Assembly: GCA_963765145.1 (NCBI GenBank)
Contig: CAVXVG010000036.1
Location: 21,003 to 85,002, forward strand
DNA: 64,000 bases
Reading direction: 5' to 3'
DNA from: Parachlamydiales bacterium
GTDB taxonomy: Bacteria > Chlamydiota > Chlamydiia > Chlamydiales > JAJFMK01
In this document: piece after piece, positions 10,321-20,891 of the stretch
How positions within the stretch are numbered: the stretch's first letter is position 1
How the letters are laid out: each line of letters starts with the position of its first letter
Notes under the pieces: model-generated
What the model saw: only the letters and a program-made list of their open reading frames with translations
What the model was told of the DNA's origin: nothing
Database searches by the model: none
Made by a program: the position numbers and the translations under genes

Positions 10321-10553
10321 AACGCCCGAAGGGTGTTTCGGATTGTAGCCCAGGGTAAGCACGAAGTGTGCAACCCTGGGTAAAGGCGATATATTTACAG
10401 AACGCACCCACGAAGTGGGTGCCGGAGCTACCAGACTCAAGAAAATATCCAGCACCCGCATTCGCGGGTGCCCATTTTAGCTTGCTACCGAAACCCAGGG
10501 TTGCGCACTTCGTGCTTACCCTGGGCTACAATCCAAAACGCCCTTCGGGCGTT
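10321..10553. repeat. Palindromic element, family A, copy 2
   Basis: Same architecture as 7899-8143, with both arms changed together (CCCGAAGGG instead of CCTGAAAGG). Confidence 0.9.
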
Positions 10554-10662
10554 GATTGCAATAGGTTTCTCGCCGAACGTTAGTGCCATTCTTATTTCTC
10601 AATCCAACCTGGGGCGTTGCCCGCAGGCTGTTGCAATTTAGAGCCTTTCAGGCTCATCCAGG

Positions 10663-13350
10663 TTATTTTTCTTCAAATCCTTCTATAATACCTGCCACAC
10701 CATCAATCATTATACGCTCCGCGAAAACTTCGGTTCCCTCACCCAATAGGCCGCCGACAAATAAAGCACGGAGAGAAGCAAAACCAGACTCTATCGCTTT
10801 TGAGAATGCGCTATCACTAGCTTTTACGAACTTTTCCTGATTTTTAAAATTAAAGATTTCCTTACTGGGCTTACTTGCTGGTGTTGTGGAAGTTGAAGTG
10901 GGCAGTGGTAGGATGACTTCACCTTCTGGGGTTTCTGTTGCAATAGGAATAACTTCCTTTTTAGTTTCAGGCAGCTCTGTAATTCTGGCAGGTGGAAGAG
11001 GTTCTTTTCTTCTAGGAACTCTAGAAATGAACTCGCTTCGTAAAAATTGAGCCATTTCTCTCTCGGATAAATGAGGGTATTGTTTTTTTATCATTGGAGC
11101 TGCCAAATAAACTGCTAATAGAAAGGACTCAGGGGTAGGGGTGCTTAAAAGTTTAGCTATTTTACCTAGTTGAACAATGTCGGCTTTGGTTGCTTGAACT
11201 TTGAACTTGTCTCCTGCAACTTCCATAACGACTTCAACCTGTTCATCAGACTTGGGTTGACCTGTAGGTTTTATAACAGCCGACTCTTCGTTAAGAATCT
11301 CATCCAACCACTCGTACCTTTTCTCTCCCTGTAGCGGAGCAAAGTCAAAGTCCATTTCTGATGTTGATGACTCGGGCGAACTTTCAGGGGATGGAGGTGT
11401 GGACAGATTGGCTTTCCAATTCTGTACCGGAGCCATCACTTCTTTAAACAATTGTTCAAGTTCATCTGTCCAATTTTCAGCACCTGACGGTGTGTCTATC
11501 TTACTAGCAACTGACGAGCTGAAAGAACCCTTCAGAGGCTCTACCTCCACTAAATCGTAGTCGTACCCACCATCATCATCAGACTCGCTAGCAACTGACG
11601 ACCTGCGAGAAATACTGCGGGGACCAGGCAGAGGTACAAAATCCTCCTCCTCTCGCTCTACATCAAAAAATTCATCCTTAGAGCTATCGGACTTGCCGTC
11701 AATGGATGACCTGCGGGAACCACTAGGAGAACCAGGCAGACTCTCAAACCTCCCTTTCTCTTCAGTATCTGACTCGCTAACTGATGCTCTACGTAAGCTG
11801 GAATCCGACTGAGACACAACATTCTCTTTCTTTGTCGGCGGAGTAACAAAACTCGCGCCTTGAATCGTCATCCGAGAGCCTCCTAAGTCCACCAATAACC
11901 CGCTTAGCACTTCGAAGGCATAGGATTCTTGATCGATTTTTTTGAGATAGGGAGCTAAAGTTTCATTAACAAAGCTTTCTTTAGCTTTATCTGAAGCAGC
12001 AGGACTAAGAAGTGATGTGCCTGCAGATAAGATATGTCGATAGGCTTCTTGACGATTCACAACCATATATGGATCTATTTTCTCGCCTGTTAAATTTAAT
12101 AAACCTCTAGCTTGGTTTAGAGGGACTTTTGGACCTAAATGTTTTTGCAGGATAGCTGCACTGACTCTCTCAGGACTTCTAGAGTTAATAAGGGCCTCTT
12201 TGATGAGAAAATCTGTCTCTGCAGAAGAAAGTCGGTGTGGATCTTTTGATAGAAAAGGCTCTTCGCCGGCAAGTACCGTGTTTCCGGAAGAAAATAGGTC
12301 AACGACCGCTTGATAAAACCTTTCAAATCGTTCTTTAAAGGTTTCCGGTTTCGACTTAGTCAAGATGATATTCGCTAAACGGGCACCAGCATCAGCACTG
12401 CCTGCTTCAAAATGCTCTCGCAGCGCATCGGCCCCCTTTTTACCTAATGGTTCTAGAATCGTTAAAGCATCTTTTTCTTCGGCATCTCCATTCAGCCACA
12501 TGGCAGTGTGTAGCTTTGCATTTTCAATAAGCGCTTCTTGATCCTTTTTAAAGCATGCTTCTTGCAAAGCGTCCTGTGCTTTTTTGTAGACAGCTGCTTT
12601 TTGCTCTGGTGTCAATGAAGCTGCATTGATGCGGATCAACTTTGAAAGCAAAATACCGGCTTTAGGCTGGCCTTTCCGATGAGCCCATTCTGCTAATATT
12701 TCAGCTTCTTTGTATAAGTTTCTGGACTGCTCTCGGACGTCACTTGCCCTTGTTTTCCCTAATAAAGGCGATTCAAATTCTGCCGTTTGCATTAAGGCTC
12801 TTGCATCTCCTTCTAATGCCAATGCATAAGCCAAATCGGCCATTGCCTTAGCGCCGAGAAGTGCAATATCGGGGTCTTGCATCATATAGGGGCTATAAAG
12901 CGCCACAAGGGCCTCAGCTTTAGCTACTGTGATTCTGGATGATGCAAAATAACGGGCAATATCGTTGTTTAAGGATGTATCTGTTACACCAAACACGCTC
13001 TTTCCTAAACGAAGCTTTAAATCAGCGCCAGCTTTAGATAGTTGCCTAACATCATTTTTAACTTCTCCTCCGATCCGTTTCTCGCCACTCCGCATCTCCC
13101 TTTTTTTCGCTGTTGAAGGGGGAGCGCGCACAGCTGCCGAAAGATTCGGGGCATAATCTAGTCTACCCTTTGCAGCCTCTCGCGAACTATATAAATACCA
13201 ATTTGCTTGATTGCTTTGAGTCTTTTCATCGGCTGTAGGCCTGACCCCTTTGTAGAGAGGGTAGAGTTGTTTAAATAATCGATATGTTTCGGGGCTGATC
13301 GGATCTATTTTTTGATAAGGCACTTTACTTTGTGTCACTTTTTCTGACAT
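10663..13350 (-). CDS. Large hypothetical protein: helical N-terminal part and Ser/acidic disordered region; effector candidate
   Basis: 895-aa ORF with RRAS/RRSS repeats and EFFDVE in a low-complexity region. Confidence 0.7.
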   Translation of the reverse strand: MSEKVTQSKVPYQKIDPISPETYRLFKQLYPLYKGVRPTADEKTQSNQANWYLYSSREAAKGRLDYAPNLSAAVRAPPSTAKKREMRSGEKRIGGEVKNDVRQLSKAGADLKLRLGKSVFGVTDTSLNNDIARYFASSRITVAKAEALVALYSPYMMQDPDIALLGAKAMADLAYALALEGDARALMQTAEFESPLLGKTRASDVREQSRNLYKEAEILAEWAHRKGQPKAGILLSKLIRINAASLTPEQKAAVYKKAQDALQEACFKKDQEALIENAKLHTAMWLNGDAEEKDALTILEPLGKKGADALREHFEAGSADAGARLANIILTKSKPETFKERFERFYQAVVDLFSSGNTVLAGEEPFLSKDPHRLSSAETDFLIKEALINSRSPERVSAAILQKHLGPKVPLNQARGLLNLTGEKIDPYMVVNRQEAYRHILSAGTSLLSPAASDKAKESFVNETLAPYLKKIDQESYAFEVLSGLLVDLGGSRMTIQGASFVTPPTKKENVVSQSDSSLRRASVSESDTEEKGRFESLPGSPSGSRRSSIDGKSDSSKDEFFDVEREEEDFVPLPGPRSISRRSSVASESDDDGGYDYDLVEVEPLKGSFSSSVASKIDTPSGAENWTDELEQLFKEVMAPVQNWKANLSTPPSPESSPESSTSEMDFDFAPLQGEKRYEWLDEILNEESAVIKPTGQPKSDEQVEVVMEVAGDKFKVQATKADIVQLGKIAKLLSTPTPESFLLAVYLAAPMIKKQYPHLSEREMAQFLRSEFISRVPRRKEPLPPARITELPETKKEVIPIATETPEGEVILPLPTSTSTTPASKPSKEIFNFKNQEKFVKASDSAFSKAIESGFASLRALFVGGLLGEGTEVFAERIMIDGVAGIIEGFEEK

Positions 13351-13369
13351 GCCTTGAAGAATTAAAATT

Positions 13370-13867
13370 TTACTGAGGGGTTAACCCCCCTTTTGATGCA
13401 CGAAGAACGTCCGTTGTTTGACTGAAGTGAGAAAGCGCTTTTAAAAAGACTTTTTGTTCAAAAGGCTCCATTTTCGAAAATTTTTCGGTCAGTTCTTCTG
13501 GACGTTTTTTCATCCAGTCACCTAAGAGGTTATTCATCGCCGTTTGGTCAAAGTGACTTTCTGCTAGCGGAGTCTTCGTCCCTTTAGGCTCGATCCCCAT
13601 CTGTTGCCTGAACGTTTCGGTCAATACAAAGTCGCCCAAGAACTCTTTTTCTATCTTTTTAAACTCGTCATATTGAGCTTTGTCAAAAGTTGCAAACTCT
13701 TGATTATCTAAGGCATTGCTTGCAATTTGGGTAATTTGTTTGTCGATTTCACCACCCATATTATTCAACTTGTCCAGGCCACCATGGTCACGGAACACCT
13801 GCAGTTCAGCAGGAGAGACAGAATACTTTCCAATATTTGATGCCATAGGAACACCTCTTTCCTCCAT
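13370..13867 (-). CDS. Hypothetical protein, probably co-transcribed with 10663-13350
   Basis: 165-aa ORF (start may be ATG 13846) ending 19 bp before the next gene. Confidence 0.65.
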   Translation of the reverse strand: MEERGVPMASNIGKYSVSPAELQVFRDHGGLDKLNNMGGEIDKQITQIASNALDNQEFATFDKAQYDEFKKIEKEFLGDFVLTETFRQQMGIEPKGTKTPLAESHFDQTAMNNLLGDWMKKRPEELTEKFSKMEPFEQKVFLKALSHFSQTTDVLRASKGGLTPQ

Positions 13868-13937
13868 TTCAATCGAGAACTGTCTAGATATGATTAAGAA
13901 AGGGTAAAAATTTTGTTATTTGGGATAAGATAGTGGG

Positions 13938-16118
13938 ATGGACGAAATTGTTGGGACAGTCGAAAGGGTCACCTTCCAAAATGCCGAAAATGGCTTTACG
14001 GTTGCCAGTTTTGAAGCTGAAGGACTTACAGGAAATATCACTGTAGTAGGCCATTTTCCTATGCTAAAGGGGGGTGAAACACTGCGGTGCAAAGGGTCGT
14101 TTTCTCAACACCTCATACACGGCAAGCAGTTTCAAGCCATTGACTATCAAATAGAAATACCAAAAACAGAAAAAGGGATCGAAAAATATCTAGGCTCCGG
14201 GCTGATCAAAGGGGTTGGGCCGAAGATGGCCGAAAAAATCGTCCAGCGGTTCAAAAAAGGCACACTTGAGATCATCGAAAAAAACCCTGACAGACTGCTT
14301 GAAATACGAGGGCTTGGAGAAAAGCTTTTAGAGAAAATCAAGGTTTCTTGGAACGAACAGAAAGCCGTCTCTGATGTGATGGTCTTTTTGCAAGGCAACG
14401 GAGTGAGCCCCGCCTACGCCAATCGAATCTACCGGCAGCTTGGCAGAGATTGTGTCAAATTGTTGCAAGAAAACCCCTACAGATTGGCTCACGAGGTTCA
14501 AGGCATTGGGTTTAAGCTGGCAGACGAAATTGCAAGGCATATCGGCATTGAAAAAGAGAGCCCGGCTAGAATTTCGGCCGGCATCGGCTATGTACAGGCC
14601 GAGCTTTCAGGCCGCGGCCATGTCACCTATCCCCTACCCGATTTTCTGGAACACACCTCAAAAACGTTGGAAGTGGCTCCGGAACTTGTTCAAAAAGAGA
14701 TCTCGCTTCTTGTTGATACGCAAAAATGTTATCTCGACGAACGGCCTTATAAAGGGGCGCAAGTTCCTTTCCTCTACGCAGACAAATTCTGGTCTGCAGA
14801 ACGGGAAATTGCCAATGCCTTAAGGGACATCAGTAAAGGAACTTCCTCCCTTCGGTCGGTCGATGCCCAAAAAGCTTTAGAGTGGGTTGAAAAGGAGCTA
14901 AACATCCAACTAGCTCCGGAACAAAAGGACGGGGTGGCGTTAGCTTTAAAAGAAAAGCTGATGATTTTGACCGGTGGGCCAGGAACCGGTAAAAGCACCA
15001 TCACCAAAGCCATTTTGACCCTGCATGAAAAACTGACAAAACGGATTGTTTTGATAGCACCGACCGGACGAGCTGCAAAAAGGATGCAGGAAATCACAGG
15101 AAAAAGCGCATCGACCATACACTCTAAGCTAGAATTTGATTTTGTCAACGGAGGGTTCAAAAGAAACCGCCAAAACCCGATAGAGGCAGACCTTGTCATA
15201 GTGGACGAATCTAGCATGATCGACACCATCCTGATGGCTCACCTGTTGCGGGCCATTCCCCGAAGCGCCAGACTCCTTTTCATCGGCGATGTCCATCAGC
15301 TTCCTAGCGTGGGGCCGGGAACTGTGTTAAAAGACATGCTCGATTCGAATAAAATCCCCACTGTCGAGTTAAAAACCATTTTTCGGCAAGCTCAAGGATC
15401 TAAAATCATCACCGGGGCGCATGACATTCATAAAGGGCGGTTGCCCGATTTGACTGTTTCAAGTGACTCAGACCTTCTCTTCATCGAAAAAAATGATCCG
15501 GTTGCCTTACAAGATGCCATTTTAGAACTGGTTTCGAACCGACTTCCTCATCGATATAAATTTGACCCCTATCAAGACATTCAGGTGCTGGCGCCGATGA
15601 GAAAAGGGATCGTTGGTATCGACAACCTCAATACGCTTTTGCAAGACCGCCTCAACCCTCAAAAACAGCGGATGTTTAAAATGGGTCGAGGATGGTCTAT
15701 AGGCGACAAAGTGATGCAGATCAAAAATAATTACGAAAAAGAGATTTTTAACGGCGATGTGGGGCGTATCATTGGTATTAATGAATCTGAAGAGGAAATG
15801 ATGATCCGCTTTGACACAAAAGAGGTGTGCTACCCTTTTGCCGATTTGGATGAACTTGCGCTAGCCTATGCTGTCTCTGTTCACAAATACCAAGGAAGCG
15901 AGGCACCCTGCATTGTGTTGCCTATTCACACGACCCATTTCAAATTGCTCTACAGAAATTTGCTGTATACCGCCGTCACACGAGGTAAAAAGCTGGTGGT
16001 GATTGTTGGTTCCAAAAAGGCGCTGCAAATTGCCGTTCATAACAACGAAACCGAAGAGCGGCATACCGGCCTCGACCGTGCCATCTCCGAAAAAATGACT
16101 CCTCTACCATTTTTATAA
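13938..16118 (+). CDS. recD2: RecD2 (RecD-like) ATP-dependent DNA helicase
   Basis: HhH region IKGVGPK, Walker A GGPGTGKS, VDESSM, QLPSVGPG and HKYQGSE. Confidence 0.93.
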   Translation: MDEIVGTVERVTFQNAENGFTVASFEAEGLTGNITVVGHFPMLKGGETLRCKGSFSQHLIHGKQFQAIDYQIEIPKTEKGIEKYLGSGLIKGVGPKMAEKIVQRFKKGTLEIIEKNPDRLLEIRGLGEKLLEKIKVSWNEQKAVSDVMVFLQGNGVSPAYANRIYRQLGRDCVKLLQENPYRLAHEVQGIGFKLADEIARHIGIEKESPARISAGIGYVQAELSGRGHVTYPLPDFLEHTSKTLEVAPELVQKEISLLVDTQKCYLDERPYKGAQVPFLYADKFWSAEREIANALRDISKGTSSLRSVDAQKALEWVEKELNIQLAPEQKDGVALALKEKLMILTGGPGTGKSTITKAILTLHEKLTKRIVLIAPTGRAAKRMQEITGKSASTIHSKLEFDFVNGGFKRNRQNPIEADLVIVDESSMIDTILMAHLLRAIPRSARLLFIGDVHQLPSVGPGTVLKDMLDSNKIPTVELKTIFRQAQGSKIITGAHDIHKGRLPDLTVSSDSDLLFIEKNDPVALQDAILELVSNRLPHRYKFDPYQDIQVLAPMRKGIVGIDNLNTLLQDRLNPQKQRMFKMGRGWSIGDKVMQIKNNYEKEIFNGDVGRIIGINESEEEMMIRFDTKEVCYPFADLDELALAYAVSVHKYQGSEAPCIVLPIHTTHFKLLYRNLLYTAVTRGKKLVVIVGSKKALQIAVHNNETEERHTGLDRAISEKMTPLPFL

Positions 16119-16140
16119 CAGCGGCTAGCTAAAATAATAA

Positions 16141-16240
16141 CCTTGCCCGTGCCCTTGCCCGAAAAGCTTGTTGGTACAAAACTCGCATGCTTTGGCAAAC
16201 AGCTTTTTAGTTAAAAATTCGGGCAAGGGCAGGGGCAAGG
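16141..16240. repeat. Palindromic element with CCCTTG/CCCGTG hexamer arms
   Basis: CCTTGCCCGTGCCCTTGCCCGAA ... TTCGGGCAAGGGCAGGGGCAAGG. A relative lies at 48601. Confidence 0.8.
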
Positions 16241-16284
16241 AAAAAAAAGAGGGCAGCAGGAACGATACCTGCTGCCCCATTTTT
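16241..16284. terminator. Probable bidirectional intrinsic terminator
   Basis: A-tract, GGGCAGCAGG / CCTGCTGCCC stem and T-tract, between convergent recD2 and BON genes. Confidence 0.75.
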
Positions 16285-16285
16285 G

Positions 16286-17044
16286 TTATTGTTTCTTTAC
16301 AGACAATTGATTGTTCAATGTCTTGATCCCTGGGATGTCTTTTACCTGATCATTAACTTTTTGGATTTCGTCGTAGCTATCTACAACACCGCTAATGGTC
16401 ACAACGCCGTCAGTTGTCTTAACAGAAACATTCTCATTGCCTTTTGTAAACCAGCCGCTGCTTAGCTTGTCCCGGATCAGTTTGTTCACAACTTTATCTT
16501 GTTCGTTTGCAGCATAGTCTTGAGGATAGTATTTAGCAGGACTTTGGCTTTTTGGCTCTTCTTTAGAAACAACGATTTGGTTAATGACTTGTTTAACACC
16601 CTCGAGGCTTTTGGCTTTCTCTTCAACTTTAGCTTTGTTTTCAGCTATGTCAACAGTTCCTCTCAATGTCACAACGCCATCTTTTACAACGTAGGAAACA
16701 TTTTCATATCCTTTCGAGAACCAGCCAGCGCTTAGGTTGTCGTGAAGGTTTTTAATGATGTCTTGATCTGAAGTTAGTTTGATGGTGATGGTTTTAGCAT
16801 TGTTATTACCATTGTCTTGGTAATAATTCATGCCTCTATCGTTGCTTTGGTTATGGTAGGGGTTTGCATTCTCTTGATAGTATTGGCCATTCATATAAGT
16901 GCCATGGCCAATCTCTGCTGGATACTCATCAGCAGAATAATATTGTTGAGAGTTGCTGTAGCCGCTTGGCTGGTGCTGTGAGTAAGCATCTGCAGCTAAT
17001 ACAGATGTAGATCCAATTACAAAAAGAGTGATAAGGTGTTTCAT
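16286..17044 (-). CDS. Secreted protein with two BON domains (OsmY-like)
   Basis: Signal peptide, Y/Q/N-rich linker, and two DGVVT(L/I)xG.V...GVK/GIK..NQ(I/L) repeats. Confidence 0.85.
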   Translation of the reverse strand: MKHLITLFVIGSTSVLAADAYSQHQPSGYSNSQQYYSADEYPAEIGHGTYMNGQYYQENANPYHNQSNDRGMNYYQDNGNNNAKTITIKLTSDQDIIKNLHDNLSAGWFSKGYENVSYVVKDGVVTLRGTVDIAENKAKVEEKAKSLEGVKQVINQIVVSKEEPKSQSPAKYYPQDYAANEQDKVVNKLIRDKLSSGWFTKGNENVSVKTTDGVVTISGVVDSYDEIQKVNDQVKDIPGIKTLNNQLSVKKQ

Positions 17045-17116
17045 TTTTTTCCTTTAGGGTTGTTAAATGCACACAATCCACAAAGGAAATTTTTTTGTGA
17101 AGAAATTTTTTACAAT

Positions 17117-19675
17117 CTAAGTAAAAGTCTGGACAAGTTCTTGGCGAGCCCTCTCTTCGTGTTGCCGATCTGTAAAGAACGCATCGATTTGCTCTTCAGA
17201 AAAATCTGCAAAAATGGTGGCCAACGGATAAAATTTACCCTCTGCGTTCAACAGCTTAACTTGCGCCACCTGAATAAGAAATTTTAAGTAATCGTCACTT
17301 TTCATAAAGTCATCAGCTGAAAAATTTGGGTCTTTCGAGGCTTTTTCTAGCATCCCCTTATAGTGATTATCTAATTTCACCCATGCTTTTGTTAGTTCTG
17401 CTAATTTCAGTCCTTCTTCTGTTGATAATTGTCGACCAACTCTACCTAACATAATGGGTTTCAACTTATCCATGAATTGACCCATTCGTGCAACTGGCAC
17501 ACTTGCAGCAGTGCCATAATGACCTTGTCTTACTTTAGTCAAAAAGGTTTCTGGGTCAAATTTGCTTTCTGGGAAGTTGGATGTAGCCAACTCTTTTACA
17601 GCTTTTCGATACTTCTTAAAGTCGACCAAATCAGGGGATTCGCTTTTTTCGATAAATTTTTCGATATTTGGATGCTTATCTACTATAGTCATAGCCTCTG
17701 GCCCGAAACCCTCTAAAGCTGCATAGAGTTGTTTTGCCACCTTTGCCTTCAATGCTTCCGGAACACCCCTTCCCTCAAGCACACTCGCTTTACCTTCAAG
17801 CCAAGCGATGTATTCTCCAGGGTCTTTTGGTGAGTTGACAAACTGTTTCTCGCTCTCTGTCCCCTCTAGAGTCGCGTTGACACGAGATTTAAGCGAACTG
17901 TTTGATGCTAAACCACTGTTAAACTTTCTCAACGCACCTACAACAGCATTCAATTTTTTTTCACTGAAAGGATTTATTGCCAATGCTTCATCTTTTTCTT
18001 TCACCAATAGATTAAAGCGAGCTTCTTGCTGCTTATCCATTTCCTGTTCCAGCTTGGTTTTTAGTTCTCCCACTCCAAGCCTATCTAACGCAAAGACAGG
18101 TGCTAGTTTTTCGTATAAAGCTTTTGCATCGGCTTCCAGAAGATCAAGTGCGGGTGCATTTGCTTTTTCTCGACTCCTTGCAAAAGCCTCTACTATCGCA
18201 GAAATCGTCTCAAGATCATTTTTTAGACTTGTGGGGCGCATTGCCGGCTCTGTTGGATCTGGCTGCACAAAAAGCGATCCTATTTTTTTTGCATCATCGA
18301 CTGCTATTCTGATCTGCATCTCTTTGGCATCTTCTACGTGACCCATTATTTGATCATAAATATTTTTAAAGGCTTTTGCACTTGGACCTGAACCATTTGC
18401 AAGTTGTTCAAGAGCAGGCAATTTACTCTCGATGTTTTTGATTCGGCCTAATGCATCGGCTTGACGCTCTCCCTTAATGGGCATTAGATAATCACGTACC
18501 TTAGCGACAACCATTCCTTCAAATTGAAAGCTCTCAGGTTTAGAAGAGTGCGTAAATCCTTCTTGCAAGCCTTCATTTTTTATCAATTTATCTAGGTAAC
18601 CAGGGGTATCATCTGTGGTTCTTCTAAGAATTGCCTGATTAGGATCGGTTAGGTAGTTTTCATGTAAACCAGTCTTTAGTTTTACAGTTTCTAAGTCCAA
18701 AGGTGAAAGGGTAGATTGTTCGATTATCTCTTCCAATAAAGGTTTCAATACTTTTTTAGCCTCGTCGTCTGATCGAGTGTAAAGAGTAAAAAATTCATCA
18801 ACAGCCGCTTTTGCTTTGACAGGGTCATCTCCTTTCCAATCCCCACTTGTGTAGATGCTAGGTGACTGCACCTTAGCTACAATAGCCTCCATAGGCAAGT
18901 TGCTTAAGGCCCTGTCTGGATCAATGCCTCGCACCTCTAGTTCTCTTTTCACAAGGACAAGCCTCTCGCCAATTTTTTCCTTCAAGAGAGGAGCCTGTTC
19001 TGTCCTACTTGAGTTTACTAGTGTCCTATAGAGTTCCACTAAGGGTTCATGCTTCATCACTTTAATATCTTCATCTAGACCGACAGGACTTCTTTCTGTT
19101 AATTCTTCAAGATACTTAAAAGATCCCTCTAGAGAATCGAGTTGTCGCTTAAAAAGAAGAAAGGCATTCCGCACATCCTTTGGAAGTTTATCTACATCGA
19201 CAGCTCGATAGTCATCGTAAATTTGCTTGTGCAACTCTTGAAACCGGGTCAGGTCAACTTCGTTTCCATCCAAAAAATATCGACCGTATGCATGTCCAAG
19301 CTCGTCCTCTAGTGCTAAAAGCTGCTGTTTCCCCTTTTTCCCTATCGCATCAACAGCGTGAACAAGATTTCCATTTTTACTTAACCGACCAAATATTTTT
19401 AAGGCAGCGAGTTCAGGTTTAAAAAATTTAGAAATCTTCAACTCTTCGCCTTTACAAGCTTCGATTTTATATAACAGTAAACCAGCCATCCGATAAGCAT
19501 CTATAGAATGTGCTTTAGAAAATGCTGCATATCCTTTTTTTAAGTGCTCTTGAGCACTTTTTAACAGATTATTTCGATTAGTCCCTTCTTTTGAGGCAGA
19601 TTCTATATCTCGTAGGCCAGCTTGCAACTCCCACTCCGGAGAACCTCTTGTATAATCTTGTCCGAGCGAAATCAT
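17117..19675 (-). CDS. Large alpha-helical hypothetical protein
   Basis: 852-aa uninterrupted K/E/L-rich ORF; no motif recognised. Confidence 0.7.
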   Translation of the reverse strand: MISLGQDYTRGSPEWELQAGLRDIESASKEGTNRNNLLKSAQEHLKKGYAAFSKAHSIDAYRMAGLLLYKIEACKGEELKISKFFKPELAALKIFGRLSKNGNLVHAVDAIGKKGKQQLLALEDELGHAYGRYFLDGNEVDLTRFQELHKQIYDDYRAVDVDKLPKDVRNAFLLFKRQLDSLEGSFKYLEELTERSPVGLDEDIKVMKHEPLVELYRTLVNSSRTEQAPLLKEKIGERLVLVKRELEVRGIDPDRALSNLPMEAIVAKVQSPSIYTSGDWKGDDPVKAKAAVDEFFTLYTRSDDEAKKVLKPLLEEIIEQSTLSPLDLETVKLKTGLHENYLTDPNQAILRRTTDDTPGYLDKLIKNEGLQEGFTHSSKPESFQFEGMVVAKVRDYLMPIKGERQADALGRIKNIESKLPALEQLANGSGPSAKAFKNIYDQIMGHVEDAKEMQIRIAVDDAKKIGSLFVQPDPTEPAMRPTSLKNDLETISAIVEAFARSREKANAPALDLLEADAKALYEKLAPVFALDRLGVGELKTKLEQEMDKQQEARFNLLVKEKDEALAINPFSEKKLNAVVGALRKFNSGLASNSSLKSRVNATLEGTESEKQFVNSPKDPGEYIAWLEGKASVLEGRGVPEALKAKVAKQLYAALEGFGPEAMTIVDKHPNIEKFIEKSESPDLVDFKKYRKAVKELATSNFPESKFDPETFLTKVRQGHYGTAASVPVARMGQFMDKLKPIMLGRVGRQLSTEEGLKLAELTKAWVKLDNHYKGMLEKASKDPNFSADDFMKSDDYLKFLIQVAQVKLLNAEGKFYPLATIFADFSEEQIDAFFTDRQHEERARQELVQTFT

Positions 19676-19760
19676 AAGCTTGCCCCTCTTTCTCTTACTT
19701 GTTCCTTTCTGAAGGATCCTCCTGTAAGATTAAGGATCGATAAATCTAGAATCCACTCCT

Positions 19761-20891
19761 GTGAAACTCTTTTCCCTTCGAAATCTTCTGTTTTTAGCCT
19801 TCTTTCTTGTCCATGGCTTTGCTTTTCTACCCAATGAAGCTCTTGTCTTTCCGAATGAGAAAGAACCCTTAAGGCTCTATAGCTTAGAACAGGGCGACCT
19901 GTTGCAGGATGTCGTACTTAAAGTGATTAAAGAGGCCAAACGGTCGTTGAACATGGCAACCTATAGCCTGACCGACGCCAAAGTGATCAAGGCGATCAAG
20001 GAAGCAAGCGACCGAGGAGTAGACATTGTCCTCAGCGTCGATAAAAATGGGTACAAAGGAAAAAGAGAGCAACTTGGAGAAAAAACCAAGCTGATCCAGA
20101 GGGGAATCAAAGGGTTGATGCACCAAAAATGGATCATCCAAGACGAGACACTCTCTTTAATCGGCTCTGCAAACCTCACTTGGGACTCTCTCAACCATCA
20201 AAACAACCTGATCATTGCAGTTGCTTCCAAAGCGTATGCCAAAAGCCTGCTTGAAGAGGCCCAAAAGAAAACGTTTACCAACCTACACCACCAAGGCAAC
20301 ACCTGGTTAACACCCCTCCCCCCTTTTCAGCTAGCTACCTGGACAACGCCTAAAAACAATGAACTGAAAAAAGCGCTTTTACAAGCAATTGATGGGGCAA
20401 AAAAAACAATTCGTATTGCTATGTACACTTTTACAGAGAAAGAACTGCTCGAAAAAGTGGTCGATGCCAAAAAAAGAGGGGTCGATGTGAGGGTCGCTTT
20501 AGATAAGGGCCAATCACTTGGTGTTTGTTTTAAAGTCTTTCAACGGCTACTGCAAGAAGAGGTGCCGGTGGCCCTTTCTGTTGGCAAGCCGTTACTGCAT
20601 CACAAATTTATCTGGATCGATCAAGAAAAATTCTTTACCGGATCGTTCAATTGGACAAAAGCTGCCTTGACCCAAAACGAAGAGCTCCTTACCCTTTTTG
20701 AAGGGGGCAAAAGAAGCGACCCTTTTTGGAAAGGGTTGGAAATCACCTGGAAGGAACTAGAAAAACATGTCGAATGGCAAAAATATGAAGATTGGGTTGA
20801 TCGGGTTCGGGATAATGGGGCAAGCGCTTGCCAAAGTGGCCCCCACCAAAGGGCATACTTTGTCGGCGATTATCTCTCGCTCGCTGCCTAG
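19761..20891 (+). CDS. Phospholipase D / Nuc-superfamily protein with two HKD motifs
   Basis: HQKWIIQD...GSAN and HHKFIWID...GSFN, with an N-terminal hydrophobic signal. Confidence 0.88.
   Translation: MKLFSLRNLLFLAFFLVHGFAFLPNEALVFPNEKEPLRLYSLEQGDLLQDVVLKVIKEAKRSLNMATYSLTDAKVIKAIKEASDRGVDIVLSVDKNGYKGKREQLGEKTKLIQRGIKGLMHQKWIIQDETLSLIGSANLTWDSLNHQNNLIIAVASKAYAKSLLEEAQKKTFTNLHHQGNTWLTPLPPFQLATWTTPKNNELKKALLQAIDGAKKTIRIAMYTFTEKELLEKVVDAKKRGVDVRVALDKGQSLGVCFKVFQRLLQEEVPVALSVGKPLLHHKFIWIDQEKFFTGSFNWTKAALTQNEELLTLFEGGKRSDPFWKGLEITWKELEKHVEWQKYEDWVDRVRDNGASACQSGPHQRAYFVGDYLSLAA

Noticed and set aside
20785..20891. 107-bp PLD/dapB overlap as a functional coupling
   Set aside because: The PLD tail past the second HKD domain looks like simple stop-codon run-on; there is no evidence of function.
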